A DNA stretch of 64,000 bases from Glycera tridactyla (taxonomy: Eukaryota), in the NCBI GenBank assembly GCA_965644265.1, contig OZ286464.1, positions 18,476,001-18,540,000 of the forward strand. The letters are read 5' to 3'. Below the pieces are notes generated by a model. That model searched no databases, had not been told where the DNA came from, and worked only from the letters and a program-made list of their open reading frames with translations. Made by a program: the position numbers and the translations under genes. Of this stretch, positions 26,861 through 39,220 are shown piece after piece (the first letter of the stretch is position 1; every line of letters begins with the position of its first letter).

Positions 26861-27854
26861 CTCACATACCTGCAGTCACAGAAACTGTGTGCAATTGCAC
26901 TCGACCCTATTTCACAGGAGATTTATGCGAACTGGGAGATGCATTTCAACATGTTTCATAATGTTGGTCGGTGACGAACGCGAATGCATGGTGACTTGGC
27001 TAAAAATTGACGTGAACCCTGGATGAATAAGCTTGGGTAATGCTTCAATAATTGATGCCAGCACGTTATCCTACATAGAACAAATCCCATGAATTATTTT
27101 CACAGCCATCCGACTCAATCTGCATCAGATGAAATGTGATAGACCATTTGAAAACATATCCACGTTGTTCTCAGTCATATCTGCATCAGCGGTGGCATAC
27201 ATTATTTCATGAGCTAATACCAGGATACCTAGCGTCTGTTTGATCAATATCCATGGTGGATATGAACAAAACTTACTCGAGAAAACTGTATCGATGATTT
27301 ATCAGAGTGGTCTAGTTGAAGGGTGTTGTGTTCCCTGCACGGATTACTTTGACCACGTGATGAAGGGGAACCAGAAAGGTTGTTCAGTGGATGTTGTTGA
27401 TTATTCAAACAGGGAATATCTGGTCATGAAATTTAGTGTAAGCTGACACTCAAACTTGAGAGCAATGCTCTCAATGTGAGCATGAGCAGTGGAGAACGCA
27501 GGAGCTGATGTATATGTTTCATCCTCGGTTTCGGTCAGAGTGGGCGGAATGCGGTGTGTGAGGCATTCAGGATAGGCAATCTACTAAGTTGACCTGATTA
27601 CACGTAATTGCTTTCATCACTTCTATCACCATGAAATTACTGATGCACATATGGATGATAAGAGTATTGAGAGCCTGAGGAGAGAATATGCTGACAACAC
27701 AGGAAACAGAGACTACTGATGAAGCTGTTATCAGGCCAGCCTTGTGTGGAAGTCATCCGCACGCCGGAACTATTCATGGGTCAGAGAAGAGAAAGATGCC
27801 GGAGCTGGTCATCATGTCTGTCATATATGATGATGCGAATGCATGTCACATGGA

Positions 27855-28300
27855 GTTCATATGAATAAACGAGTAAACAAATGAGTGAATGAATGAGGGA
27901 ATTGATGGATCAATGAATAAAGAAAAAGGAATTAAAGAACAAATATATAGATGAATGAATGAATAAACGAATGGATAGATGAATAAATGGATAAATGATT
28001 GGATAAATAGATAAAGGAATGAATGAATGAATGAATAAATGAATAGATTGATAAATGGATGAATGATAAATGATAAATGATAGACAAACGAATAAACAAA
28101 TAAATGAATCAATCAATCGATCAATGATGATGAATAAATAAATGAATAGATGAATACATGAATGAAAAATTAAATAAATAAACAGATGGATGAATGAATG
28201 AACAAATATGTGGATGAATGAAAGAATGAGTGAAAAAGGCGGATAAAGGAGTAAATCAATAAATAGATAGGTGTGTGAATAAAGGAACAAATAACTAAAA
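27855..28300. repeat. (GAAT/AAAT/GGAT)n low-complexity tract
   Basis: Direct reading; produces the IHSFIH-type ORFs on the minus strand. Confidence 0.9.
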
Positions 28301-28399
28301 AGATAGATCATTGAGCTGGTAAATGTGGCGTTATCCAGCATGTAGTATCGAACAAAACCAGAAATAGGATGGATATCTGCCATGAGAAAGGAGCATGAA

Positions 28400-28800
28400 G
28401 ACAAATTGCTACATAAGTTCTCTCTCTCTCCTAATGCTCGGGTATTCTGATAAGTATTCCCAGTACAGTTGTTACCTCTATAGGCTGGTACACACTTGAT
28501 TGCCCTTGAGTAACTCCACAGAGTCCTGCATGTTAGAATGGGCAGGAAGAATGAGCAGGGTGTGTGAGAATGCATAGACTAATGACTTGATCACAGTTGC
28601 TCCACTGGTTGTCCTGTAATTCTTTCAAGTGATGTGATTGTATGCCCTAACATTGTAGATGCCTGCCATACTGCCTGCATCAGTCTCTCATGAGCTAATC
28701 AGTCAAGAATCCTGCTCAGGTGTAAGCAATATCTCGAGTCAGGTGTTGAAATGGCTTGCTGGGTTGGCTGGTGTTCTTGTTAGTGCAGCCAGATGTAGCT
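28400..28800 (-). mobile_element. Decayed Ty3/Gypsy integrase relic
   Basis: Minus-strand pieces PSKPFQHLTRDIAY (~28763-28720), TTSGATVIKSL (~28615-28580) and TYQNT (~28455) follow the order of integrase motifs P..PFQ...D, TTS..VI..L and YRNTP; stops and frameshifts throughout. Confidence 0.35.
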
Positions 28801-29595
28801 GGGAATCCCACCTGGTGTTTATGAAAATAACCACCAGAAGGAGGGTTTATTTACTCCAGAATTGGTTTCAGTGGGGCATGCTCGAGTCAGTGGACATCTC
28901 GTCATCGCGCAGGATCCAACCAATTCTCTTGACACAGTCATTTCTGAAATAACTATTTTCAACTTGGAGCGTCTGGTGCGGAATTGATTTGCGAGGACGA
29001 TTGAGCCAACAGCGAAATCACTCATGGCAGCCCTGATAGCGGGACAATTACAAGGATGATTCACAAAAGACGAGATTGCAAATCGATGATTGATTCACTG
29101 TTCACTTACAAGACTTTCAAGATAGTGGGATCGTTGTGTCACAGAAGGCATAATACTGATGGGATAGAAATCATGTCATGGGACCAAGAGGCCAAGCAAG
29201 ACTAGATAACGACGTCAAAGAAGAATATGAAAAAAAGAAATGGGGATACTCGGCAGAGTGATAATGGAGCAGCCTGCGCATGACCTGTCATCTTGACAAG
29301 ATGGTGTGTGAGAGTTGATTCGCAGCTGCAGATAATAGCTTGCGAAATCCGAGCTGTCATTCTCATCGAAAACAAACATTGCAGGCATCAGGCGGACATG
29401 TCAGCTACATCACGTTATCGATCAATGCTACAGACACCCACCCTCTTTCTCTCACACACACTAGTGAACTGTGAAGGCACCATCGCGCGGAAATGGAGAT
29501 ACGCTGCCATTCTCCGTATAATCATGAAGGTTGGATGGTTGAATGGTTGATTTGGTGGTTTGATAGATGGATAGAAAGATAGATGGATAGATAGA

Positions 29596-30520
29596 TATAT
29601 TATGACGGGCTACCGGTCCGTTGTATTGTATGCTGCGAGGGGCGGTCGAAGGTACGGATCACCAAATTGCTCGCGTTCTCCCACGTTTCCTCCCGATGCC
29701 AATATGCTTGTAATAAACGATGTGGAGTCCACTTCTCTTCTTGTGTTTTCACTATGAATGACTAGTGTTAGAGTGTCACTATAATTCACAAGAGTTCCTG
29801 TACGTGGGGGTAAGGTGTATACGAAGTGTAACACAACTCGCTTGAATAGTGATGTATAAAGCAGGCCGTTAAGCTCTACTCAGTGAGGTACTGGATCTTC
29901 ATGGAGTCGATGTCGTAGCCGTCTGTCTGGTGGTCCGTCCCCTTTCTTGCCCCTGGGTATAACGTCTGGTAGTGCCCAAATTGCAGTACCCCGATTTCTC
30001 GATTTTCTGGGGATTTTATAGTAAAGTGAGGTATGCCGTTTCTAAGCATATCTCGGCCAATTCTGACGTGTGTGTGGCATGAGTCGTTTTGGTGACTAAT
30101 AAGGTGTAAGACATGATCGAGAGGTGCATTCCTCACCGTCTGGGACCATCTTTGGGTCCCTGAGACCCGGCAGTGCCGAGATATCGACCTACAAATCCTA
30201 CGTCACTTGACTACAGTAAATAGGTCAATTTTGACGTAGGACCGGCAATTTGGCTTGTTCAATGCCTTATCTAGAATGTTTTTGACCAATTTCCAAGAAA
30301 TACGGTGGTTCTGGCGCTTGTAGCTCGTATGATAGCCGCTACTGCGCTTTGAACGTGGTACCCCCTCTAGGAAGTATTGGTCTATTAATATTTGCAGCAT
30401 CAGACTGGCCATGGGCTAAGCCGCGCTCAGTCTTTTGCCCGCTAGCTTTCGTTCCAATCGGACGTATGTATGCTAGCTCTACAGGAATCATATATATCAA
30501 GTGAGTGGCTCCATAATATA
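29596..30520 (-). repeat. 3' LTR (925 bp)
   Basis: Bounded by the 9-bp inverted repeat TATATTATG (29596-29604) ... CATAATATA (30512-30520); about 14 substitutions against the other LTR by manual comparison. Confidence 0.9.
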
Positions 30521-30533
30521 TGCTCCTGTTTTC
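30521..30533 (-). promoter_or_regulatory. Putative polypurine tract
   Basis: Minus strand GAAAACAGGAGCA (11 of 13 purines) directly precedes the 3' LTR. Confidence 0.55.
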
Positions 30534-31020
30534 AAGGATTTCAGCCCTCTAAAATAAAAAATGAAAAAAATAAAAAATGATGAAAAATGCACAATCGTTA
30601 TCATGAAATAAGTAAAATTATTTTGTGATTTTTGATACCCTTCTTTCCTTCTTACTCCTTCTTCAAAGAAGACTGCCCCAGCTGTCTCCATGTTCAATCG
30701 TATGTAAAACGTCTCTGTCTCATGTGTACCTCCTTTTCGAAGCCGCTCAACCCGAGTAATTTATTTTGATAATACAACAATAAATATATGAATAAATATG
30801 TGAATAATACATGCATTTTATTCACAATTTTGTGTACGGCATGTCTCAAATCATCGGGTCCAATATTCATACAACATCAGAATTTCACTCATCATGCATG
30901 TCTGTAATCGTGGCGTATGTAGTATGCGTGTATACGTGTTTTCATGCTGTATATAACTAGTAATAATAGAATTCACACACTACAAACATATTAACCAAAA
31001 TCCGACAATTTTGTAATTTA

Positions 31021-32133
31021 TCAAGAGTGCACCCCGCCAACACATCGAGTTTTCACCAGGACACCCTGTTTGGTTTTATACAATTTAGCCCTAAAGGCAG
31101 GCTCACTGTTTCCCTGTACACAGTATTCTGCAAGATATTTTCTTTCTATTTCCTCGAAAGAAGTGTCTTTTGTGACATGGACAGTGGAATACCATTGTTT
31201 CACTGTGTCACTTAGATTAAATGGAAAGTGTCTGACCTTTTCATAGTCGGACAGTCCGTGTAATGCACAATATTCATTGAATAAGTCTAACCATTCAATG
31301 GGATTGTTTTTGGCCTGAAATTGTTGCACCTTTACTAGACTCTTATCTTTTACTACGAAGGTGTGTTGAGCTTGAGGCATAAAATTCGGTGGTTGTGAAG
31401 AAGGTGGGCCATGGATGGCCATGTTATGTTCCGCCAGTCCTGTTTTAGGGCGGGTACCTGTCCCTACTGGGACGTCCCTAGGTGTGCTTGTCCTTGCACC
31501 TAAAGGGATGTGTTCAATGTTTGACAGAAATGGGTCATAAGCTTCTGGTATTTTATATGTGTAACGAGGCAGGGGATAATAGGCATTGTCAAAAGAATGT
31601 AATTCACCTGTCCTTTTTCGAGATGAATTCCTTTCCGTGATTTCCCTTGGCGTATTCCCTTGACTTCTAATATCCTGTGACGTAATTCCTGAATGCCTGT
31701 TTTCTTGTAATGTAATCCCTGAATTTCTGTTATCCTTCTGTTTCAGAGCCTTTGAGAGTCGTCGATCTATAACATCTCATACGGACTCCTCATCGTCACC
31801 ATCATCACTGCTTAGATCCCCACCATCCTCTGCATCCGTGTCCTCTTCATCGTCTTCTTCAGCCGCTTTTTCCCGATCTTCTTCATTCTGCCGCTTGCCA
31901 ACGTCTCCTGCAGCTTCTTCGCCATCTTTTCCTGCAATTTCTTGATTTTTGGACAATTCTTTCCCTGCTTTCCTTGTATTTTCGTCATCAGACATGCTTG
32001 CTTGCGCCGCTTGACTTTTGAATGTTACCTCGCCGCTGCTATCACCTTCCATATCACCCTGCTCTCCGCCTCCAGCCCGTACGATCGTCGTCAAACGTGT
32101 CGTGTCCGTATACGTTTTGGAAGTCTGTTCCAT
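31021..32133 (-). pseudogene. gag: Retrotransposon gag (capsid-like), one in-frame stop, 3'-truncated
   Basis: ORFs 31777-32133 and 31021-31422 share a frame and the 118 codons between them are open, leaving one TGA at 31777-31779. FQAKNNPIEWLDLFNEYC...LSDYEKVRHF...LSDTVKQWY...SFEEIERKYLAEY...KLYKTKQ matches the Ty3/Gypsy capsid pattern. Confidence 0.85.
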
Positions 32134-32145
32134 ATCATCGACTGC

Positions 32146-32155
32146 TTCTCCACCA
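32146..32155 (-). promoter_or_regulatory. Primer-binding site, tRNA-Ala-like
   Basis: Minus strand TGGTGGAGAA directly follows the LTR end and is complementary to a ...TTCTCCACCA tRNA 3' end, as in tRNA-Ala. Confidence 0.7.
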
Positions 32156-33061
32156 TATATTATGACGGGCTACCGGTCCGTTGTATTGTATGCTGCGAGG
32201 GGCGGTCGAAGGTACGGATCACCAAATTGCTCGCGTTCTCCTACGTTTCCTCCCGATGCCAATATGCTTGTAATAAACGATGTGGAGTCCACTTCTCTTC
32301 TTGTGTTTTCACTATGAATGCCTAGTGTTAGAGTGTCACTATAATTCACAAGAGTTCCTGTACATGGGGGTAAGGTGTATACGAAGTGTAACACAACTCG
32401 CTTGAATAGTGATGTATAAAGCAGGCTGTTCAGCTCTACTCAGTGAGGTACTGGATCTTCATGGAGTCGATGTCGTAGCCGTCTGTCTGGTGGTCTGTCC
32501 CCTTTCTTGCCCCTGGGTATAACGTCTGGTAGTGCCCGAATTGCAGTACCCCGATTTCTCGATTTTCTGGGGATTTTATAGTAAAGTGAGGTATGCCGTT
32601 TCTAAGCATATCTAGGCCAATTCTGACGTGTGTGTGGCATGAGTCGTTTTGGTGACTAATAAGGTGTAAGACATGATCGAGAGGTGCATTCCTCACCGTC
32701 TGGGACCATCTTTAGGTCCCTGAGACCCAGCAGTGCCGAGATATCGACCTACAAATCCTACGTCACTTGACTACAGTAAATAGGTCAATTTTGACGTAGG
32801 ACCGGCAATTTGGCTTGTTCAATGCCTTATATAGAATGTTCTTGACCAATTTCCAAGAAATCCGGTGGTTCTGGCGCTTGTAGCTCGTATGATAGCCGCC
32901 ACTGCGCTTTGAACGTGGTACCCCCTCTAGGAAGTATTGGTCTATTAATATTTGCAGCATCAGACTGGCCATGGGCTAAGCCGCGCTCAGTCTTTTGCCC
33001 GCTAGCTTTCGTTCCAATCGGACGTATGTATGCTAGCTCTACAGGAATCATATATATCAAG
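32156..33061 (-). repeat. 5' LTR (visible part; predicted outer end ~33080 in the gap)
   Basis: Aligns to 29596-30501 without an obvious indel. Confidence 0.9.
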
Positions 33062-33479
33062 NNNNNNNNNNNNNNNNNNNNNNNNNNNNNNNNNNNNNNN
33101 NNNNNNNNNNNNNNNNNNNNNNNNNNNNNNNNNNNNNNNNNNNNNNNNNNNNNNNNNNNNNNNNNNNNNNNNNNNNNNNNNNNNNNNNNNNNNNNNNNNN
33201 NNNNNNNNNNNNNNNNNNNNNNNNNNNNNNNNNNNNNNNNNNNNNNNNNNNNNNNNNNNNNNNNNNNNNNNNNNNNNNNNNNNNNNNNNNNNNNNNNNNN
33301 NNNNNNNNNNNNNNNNNNNNNNNNNNNNNNNNNNNNNNNNNNNNNNNNNNNNNNNNNNNNNNNNNNNNNNNNNNNNNNNNNNNNNNNNNNNNNNNNNNNN
33401 NNNNNNNNNNNNNNNNNNNNNNNNNNNNNNNNNNNNNNNNNNNNNNNNNNNNNNNNNNNNNNNNNNNNNNNNNNNNNNN
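33062..33479. other. Assembly gap
   Basis: N run. Confidence 1.
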
Positions 33480-36175
33480 TAGAACTGATCTACACGTCCA
33501 TAAACTGAGTGCTATTGACAGAAGCCCCGGGCGCTATAAATAGATAAATAGATGAATGTATCGTCTTGCATCATGTCTGAAACTCAAGGGAATCCTGAAA
33601 TTCCAATTCCCCCTTCCACGACAACCCCCTCTAAGTTGGAAATACGAGTTCATCAGCTCCTACAATTGTTTTAAGTTCCTTTTGTTCCGCTTTTATGAAG
33701 GATAATAAAATTCTGGCAAGATTACGTTGAGAAACGAATCTAATGAAAACGTCATCTGGCTTAACCACGTGAAACTATATGAAGGTTGTGTCGAAATGTC
33801 AAAATGTAACGTGGTAGAGATGCACAATAGAGGATGCTACGCTACTTCCCAGAACCGACCAAACTCATATGCATATATGTTCATATGGCTTCGATGAATT
33901 AACCGAGGGCCATTCAATCGACTGAAAAATTACCCACGACGAAAGACAGGTCCTTACCCAGTCTGGTACATAGGTGTCTCGGGCTTACTGAATTCTAATT
34001 CCTCAATGTCAGCTGAAGTATTTTTGTCCATACAATAACCATTAATACTTAAGATTTCAGCATCATTACTATACCGATAGTCTTGATGATGATACTGATC
34101 GAGGTTACATCACATGTGTGTGGTGTATATGGTCATTTGATTCAAGCCAGTCGGATTTGACTGTGAAAATGATCATGAAGAGAGTGACTGCCATCCCTAT
34201 GAGCGTGATGTGACGCATTAAACTTGTCGGCGTGAAACATATCTAATCTAAGTGTCAAGAACACGACACAAAGCTTGACCCAAACCTGAAATCTGATGAA
34301 TGAATCTGAAAACCATCAGACCCAGCCAGTTCTGACAACAGGGTTTACATACATACGGAACTTCGATTGACGCTTTGTTAACCGTTCGGTGGCTTTCCAA
34401 GATGTAGGTGAATATGGGTGCATTGAGTCTGTGCTCTGGTCTGTGCTTACTGATATGATTGTCAATATAATAAGGCAGGATTATCCATGCTTTCAAAGAC
34501 CGTGCATGCTTTGAATGCTCCCGTGATAAGTGGGTTGCTCGGTAAGTGGGTTGCTCGGTAAATAGGCATATATATGCGGAATAATGCGCTAATCGGTGTC
34601 ACAAGGAAGTATTTTGTTGCAAAAAAAAAACATTCCCCGCATAGCGTCTCCCCGAGTTCTTGCATCCACTTCCCATCACCACACTCCGCTCTAGCCATCT
34701 CCAGGTATTGTATCTTTATTGGCTTGATGAGTTTGGTAGCCTCTTCAATAGGTTGAGATTCAGGGAATTGATGATGTCTGGTTTGCTGCCCATCAAGATA
34801 TTCTTTATTCGGCCATGCTATTTGATTCATGAATGTTGATTATCACAAGTTAATCTACCTGGCCTACATCGCCACGATATCGTCATAACTGTCGAGATAT
34901 AGAATAAGTTTTGGTCCTTCGTGGTCCATATTTCAACCACATGTTGGGCTGATGTCATCATGCGCTCTCTGAGCGCATGCATTATAGAGCTGCATGTATG
35001 CACGGTCAGATACAATCGTTTTGTGATCCTTGATTTGCTGGATTTGTTTCTACCGAAAACAGCATGTGTGTCATACAAAATGATAAATCGACGCAGCAGT
35101 TGTGATCCATAGTTGTTTGATGAATGGGTGGGGAGAGACTCTGTGCAGAACTCTGAAACACGACCTGCACCGACTAACTGCTGTGGCATGATGATCAGGA
35201 CAGTATGCCCTCAGTGTACCCATGACGACCGATTGTCACGTGCAACAGCTAGGACACGATATCGTCATGCCAGCATTGTGTATTTCCACACAGCATCTTA
35301 TGACTTCATTGTGACCAATATCAAAGAGCTCTCCATGATACCATTGCAGTTAGGATCGAATCACACTGATTACCCGTATTCTCAGTTAGTAGATAGTATA
35401 TGTGTCTCTCATGGGTAATCGAGAAGTCCCGATATATGTCTCACCACGAATCGCTCCACATATACGATCAAGCAATGAGTTTTTTCCGACCATATATCAG
35501 ATGTACAGATGACGATTGATGTCTGGATAAGATGGGATTGTCGTATTCGTTATCCTGATGATAAAAATCTTTGTATGCTAGCCACGAAGATCATCCCATC
35601 GGCCACAGAGGAGAAATGTCACCAGACAAATGATCTGCACTGCGGATGGCAGCCTTTCTGTTACACCCGGTTTACATTGCAGATTGCTATCAGGCTACTC
35701 AACCCCTCTGTGGAAGCTTGTGTTGTTTCGCTCGTGTTTGCGTTGCGTCCTCTTTGTTACCAACACTACCAAGCTATCTGAAGCGAAAGCATAAACAAAT
35801 CATCCATGTTGAGACAGATAATGATTTTTAGGAAGGCATATTTTGATATGACCACGGTCTTGTGCGGGGGGGGGGGGGAAGAAGCAAAAGTATAGATACA
35901 TGAGAATCCTCATCTTCACTGATTGCATATGTTTATTCAGCCAGGTCAGCCAGATTCATCATATCTCATGAATAGGGAACACAACAGCTAAATCTGGAAT
36001 TTTGGAATGTGTTCGATGTCAGCAGTTTCCATTGTGAAGTGAAGATGTAGCACCTACCTAACAGGGAATCAGACTTCCTCACTTGCAGAACTGCTTCCAC
36101 AAACGGCTCCTGGACAATGCATGGTATTAGCCATTTGAGCATGTGAGCTGATGCTTGGGACAAATGTCTGTACGT

Positions 36176-36410
36176 NNNNNNNNNNNNNNNNNNNNNNNNN
36201 NNNNNNNNNNNNNNNNNNNNNNNNNNNNNNNNNNNNNNNNNNNNNNNNNNNNNNNNNNNNNNNNNNNNNNNNNNNNNNNNNNNNNNNNNNNNNNNNNNNN
36301 NNNNNNNNNNNNNNNNNNNNNNNNNNNNNNNNNNNNNNNNNNNNNNNNNNNNNNNNNNNNNNNNNNNNNNNNNNNNNNNNNNNNNNNNNNNNNNNNNNNN
36401 NNNNNNNNNN
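36176..36410. other. Assembly gap
   Basis: N run. Confidence 1.
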
Positions 36411-36855
36411 TCTGATCCTGCTTGATGCGAGAGGACATGACGCTCTCATCACTTCCGGGAGTCGGAAGGGACAGGTAATGAGTCCGCAGCTGTGATCCAT
36501 TCTCAACACAGTAGAAATCGTACTATCGACGCCCTGATGACAGATATCCCACCTGGGGGCACATCATCCTGGTGCGATGTCTTGACATCCAGACGAGCGG
36601 ATGATCACACATGAGTAGCTGTCTATTATGCAAAGTGCGCAAAGTCCGAAAAATTCGAGAAAAGCTCTCGCTCTTATTACGACTGGAGAAATATCCCTGC
36701 TGTTCAGAATCATAACTCCAATAATGAGGGTAGATCGACCTATCTGACTAGTATAGCACGCTTGCTGCATTGGCTAAACGTGGTAGAATATTATATCGAG
36801 TGTCAATTGACGTAGCTACTTAAGGAAGGAGAATGTGAAGTTGATCAAAAGTATC

Positions 36856-37335
36856 GAATGAGATGACATCCTAACAAACAGGAGACAGAAAATGAGATGA
36901 CATCCTAACAAACAGGAGACAGAGAATGAGATGACATCCTAACAAACAGGAGACAGAGAATGAGATGACATCCTAACAAACAGGAGACAGAGAATGAGAC
37001 GACATCCTAACAAACAGGAGACAGAGAATGAGATGACATCCTAACAAACAGGAGACAGAAAATGAGATGACATCCTAACAAACAGGAGACAGAGAATGAG
37101 ACGACATCCTAACAAACAGGAGACAGAGAATGAGATGACATCCTAACAAACAGGAGACAGAGAATGAGATGACATCCTAACAAACAGGAGACAGAAAATG
37201 AGATGACATCCTAACACACAGGAGACAGAGAATGAGATGACATCCTAACAAACAGGAGACAGAGAATGAGATGACATCCTCACAAACAGGAGACAGAGAA
37301 TGAGATGACATCCTAACAAACAGGAGACAGAGAAG
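36856..37335. repeat. 34-bp minisatellite, ~14 copies
   Basis: GAGATGACATCCTAACAAACAGGAGACAGAGAAT recurs at 36860, 36894 etc., highly homogeneous. Confidence 0.97.
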
Positions 37336-39121
37336 GAGAGAACAACCCATCGACTCAATCAACTATTATTTCCGTCCGCTTCTGTGGTGTCATCATAAAC
37401 CACAATTCACATAATAATATAGGTATCAGACCATCTCAGATAATCGGGAAATCCTGTTCAACGATTCAAATCGTGTATATCGAGCAATGAGATATTTTTT
37501 CATGAGAGAGCCTCTCTTAAATCTGAATCATATTTCACGTTGCATTGCCGTTCATCCGAATTTCACGGCAAACTTGAAATTATTACTTGGCCATGATAAT
37601 CCATGAAATCACCATACATCAGACACTCTCCCACCAATTACACATTGGTCATGATGACTTTGGGATTTCTTTCATTGTCGATCCATTTTTGTTGGCGGAG
37701 ACAAACTGGATGATTCTACAATTGTCAATCATGACTTGAACATAAGACTAGCTGAGTGGCTATAACTGTCACTGATTACGTTAACATAAGAATGGCTGGG
37801 TGTCCAAAAAGGGTTTATTGACAATGGTTCAGTCCGGGCTTGGCTAGCTCGCTTGGGTGGTCGTGTATGTTGCATCGAAGAGACATGGTAATTGACAGGA
37901 TTGCTAGGACCAGTCGAATTTACACGCAACACTTTCTATAACATTTGGTAGAAATATGCATGAAAGGATTCAGAATAATGAAGGTTCAATCAGAAATTCA
38001 TTTTATGAATATATGATGTTTCTGTTATACAGAGCTGTCCTGTGGCGATTACCAGCAATGACCTCCATGATCGCGCCTCACACTCGCCTTCTCTACACAA
38101 TATGTGCCTGTAACTAATCTTAAATGACATTGAGGGGTACCTCCACATCCAAATGGTGATGTTTCCTTCTTATTTCAATTACTCCAGAATATCCCCATGG
38201 TATGGCCCTATAGCGTAATATTTCCCACATTGATGATTTGTTCTCCGGCAGTCTATGAAGAATATAGATTGAGATCTAATAAAGTCACTCGACAGTCAAA
38301 TAAGCAATAAGAATGACAAGAACCCACTTCAATATAGCTGTATGCTGGACCGGATATACGTCGAACTGACTTTTTTCTAATATTGTGTTCAAGGACGTTG
38401 TATACATAGGTCTTGCGTTTATATTGCATTCATACAGAGTTATAGAGTAGATAAAAGAATATTCGAGTCCTTCTCAGCAGATTCCAACAAATATTTGTTG
38501 ATGCGACAGACTGACTTCAAGTTTGCGCTTATGACCTTGAAGCGGCAAATATTGAGGTGGAACGAATGTTCACTCCACATCCCAAGGTCGTATAGATGCT
38601 GATATATTACACTCTCGTCTCCAACCTTTCTTCGGAAGAGCCGTCCCCCAGTGGCGAGATGCATGTCGGTTAGGTACACAAATCAGAATGTCTTCACATA
38701 AGGTAACTTCGCGATGATTTATATGCAGGATATTTTCTAGCGATGTTTCATTCCCACATAAGAATGGTCGCCTAAATGACGATATCAACCTTCGTACAAT
38801 CGAGATATGACATTTCATAGACGTGGTTGGTGAACCACGAATTCCGAGTATGTATCAGGTAATCGAACCCCTTCAACTCGATGAGCAATATACCTATGTA
38901 GCCGATAGATATGATTTAATCCTATATACTGATTGAGCCTTAACATCGTGCTAATTTCAGAGTGCATTTGTTAGAATCAATATCCAGCTGGCATTCGAAA
39001 AGGCGTTACATTCGACGCGAAGACACAGTTATATTTGACATGGACGTTCATTGGCTATATGTAGCTAATCAATGTGGCAGACTTGTCATTCCTTATGTGG
39101 CTATGACAATTCTCCGAAATA

Positions 39122-39220
39122 TTCGTACTCTCAGCACAAGTATTAATAGGATTCGATCGGATTAAATATTTTATCGTTCGTACTCTCAGCACAAGTTTTA
39201 ATAGGATTCGATAGGATTTA
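39122..39220. repeat. Short direct duplication (55-bp offset)
   Basis: TTCGTACTCTCAGCACAAGT(A/T)TTAATAGGATTCGAT occurs at 39122 and 39177. Confidence 0.85.

Larger units (their letters stand above)
29596..33061 (-). mobile_element. Non-autonomous gag-only Ty3/Gypsy-type LTR retrotransposon
   Basis: Two direct repeats at a 2560-bp offset, a PBS abutting the 5' LTR, a gag-like frame, a purine-rich tract before the 3' LTR, and no pol motifs; the outer end of the 5' LTR runs into a gap. Confidence 0.92.

Noticed and set aside
26876-26940. EGF-like peptide CNCTRPYFTGDLCE after a CAG
   Set aside because: Only the last three cysteines are present, there is no polypyrimidine tract, no GT donor at the expected position, and a stop follows soon after.
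28455-28505. EGF-like CVPAYRGNNC on the minus strand
   Set aside because: Upstream cysteines and splice sites are missing, and it overlaps the integrase-like relic.
29610-30412. ORFs of 69-86 aa repeated in both LTRs
   Set aside because: Their recurrence only reflects LTR duplication; no domain is recognisable.
33505-33550. GCGCTATAAAT plus (TAGA/TAAA) as an L2 3' tail
   Set aside because: Too short and next to a gap; no upstream coding similarity is visible.
36120-36175. LDLa-like start CPKHQLTCSNG on the minus strand
   Set aside because: A stop follows immediately and the remaining cysteines and the DxSDE motif are absent.
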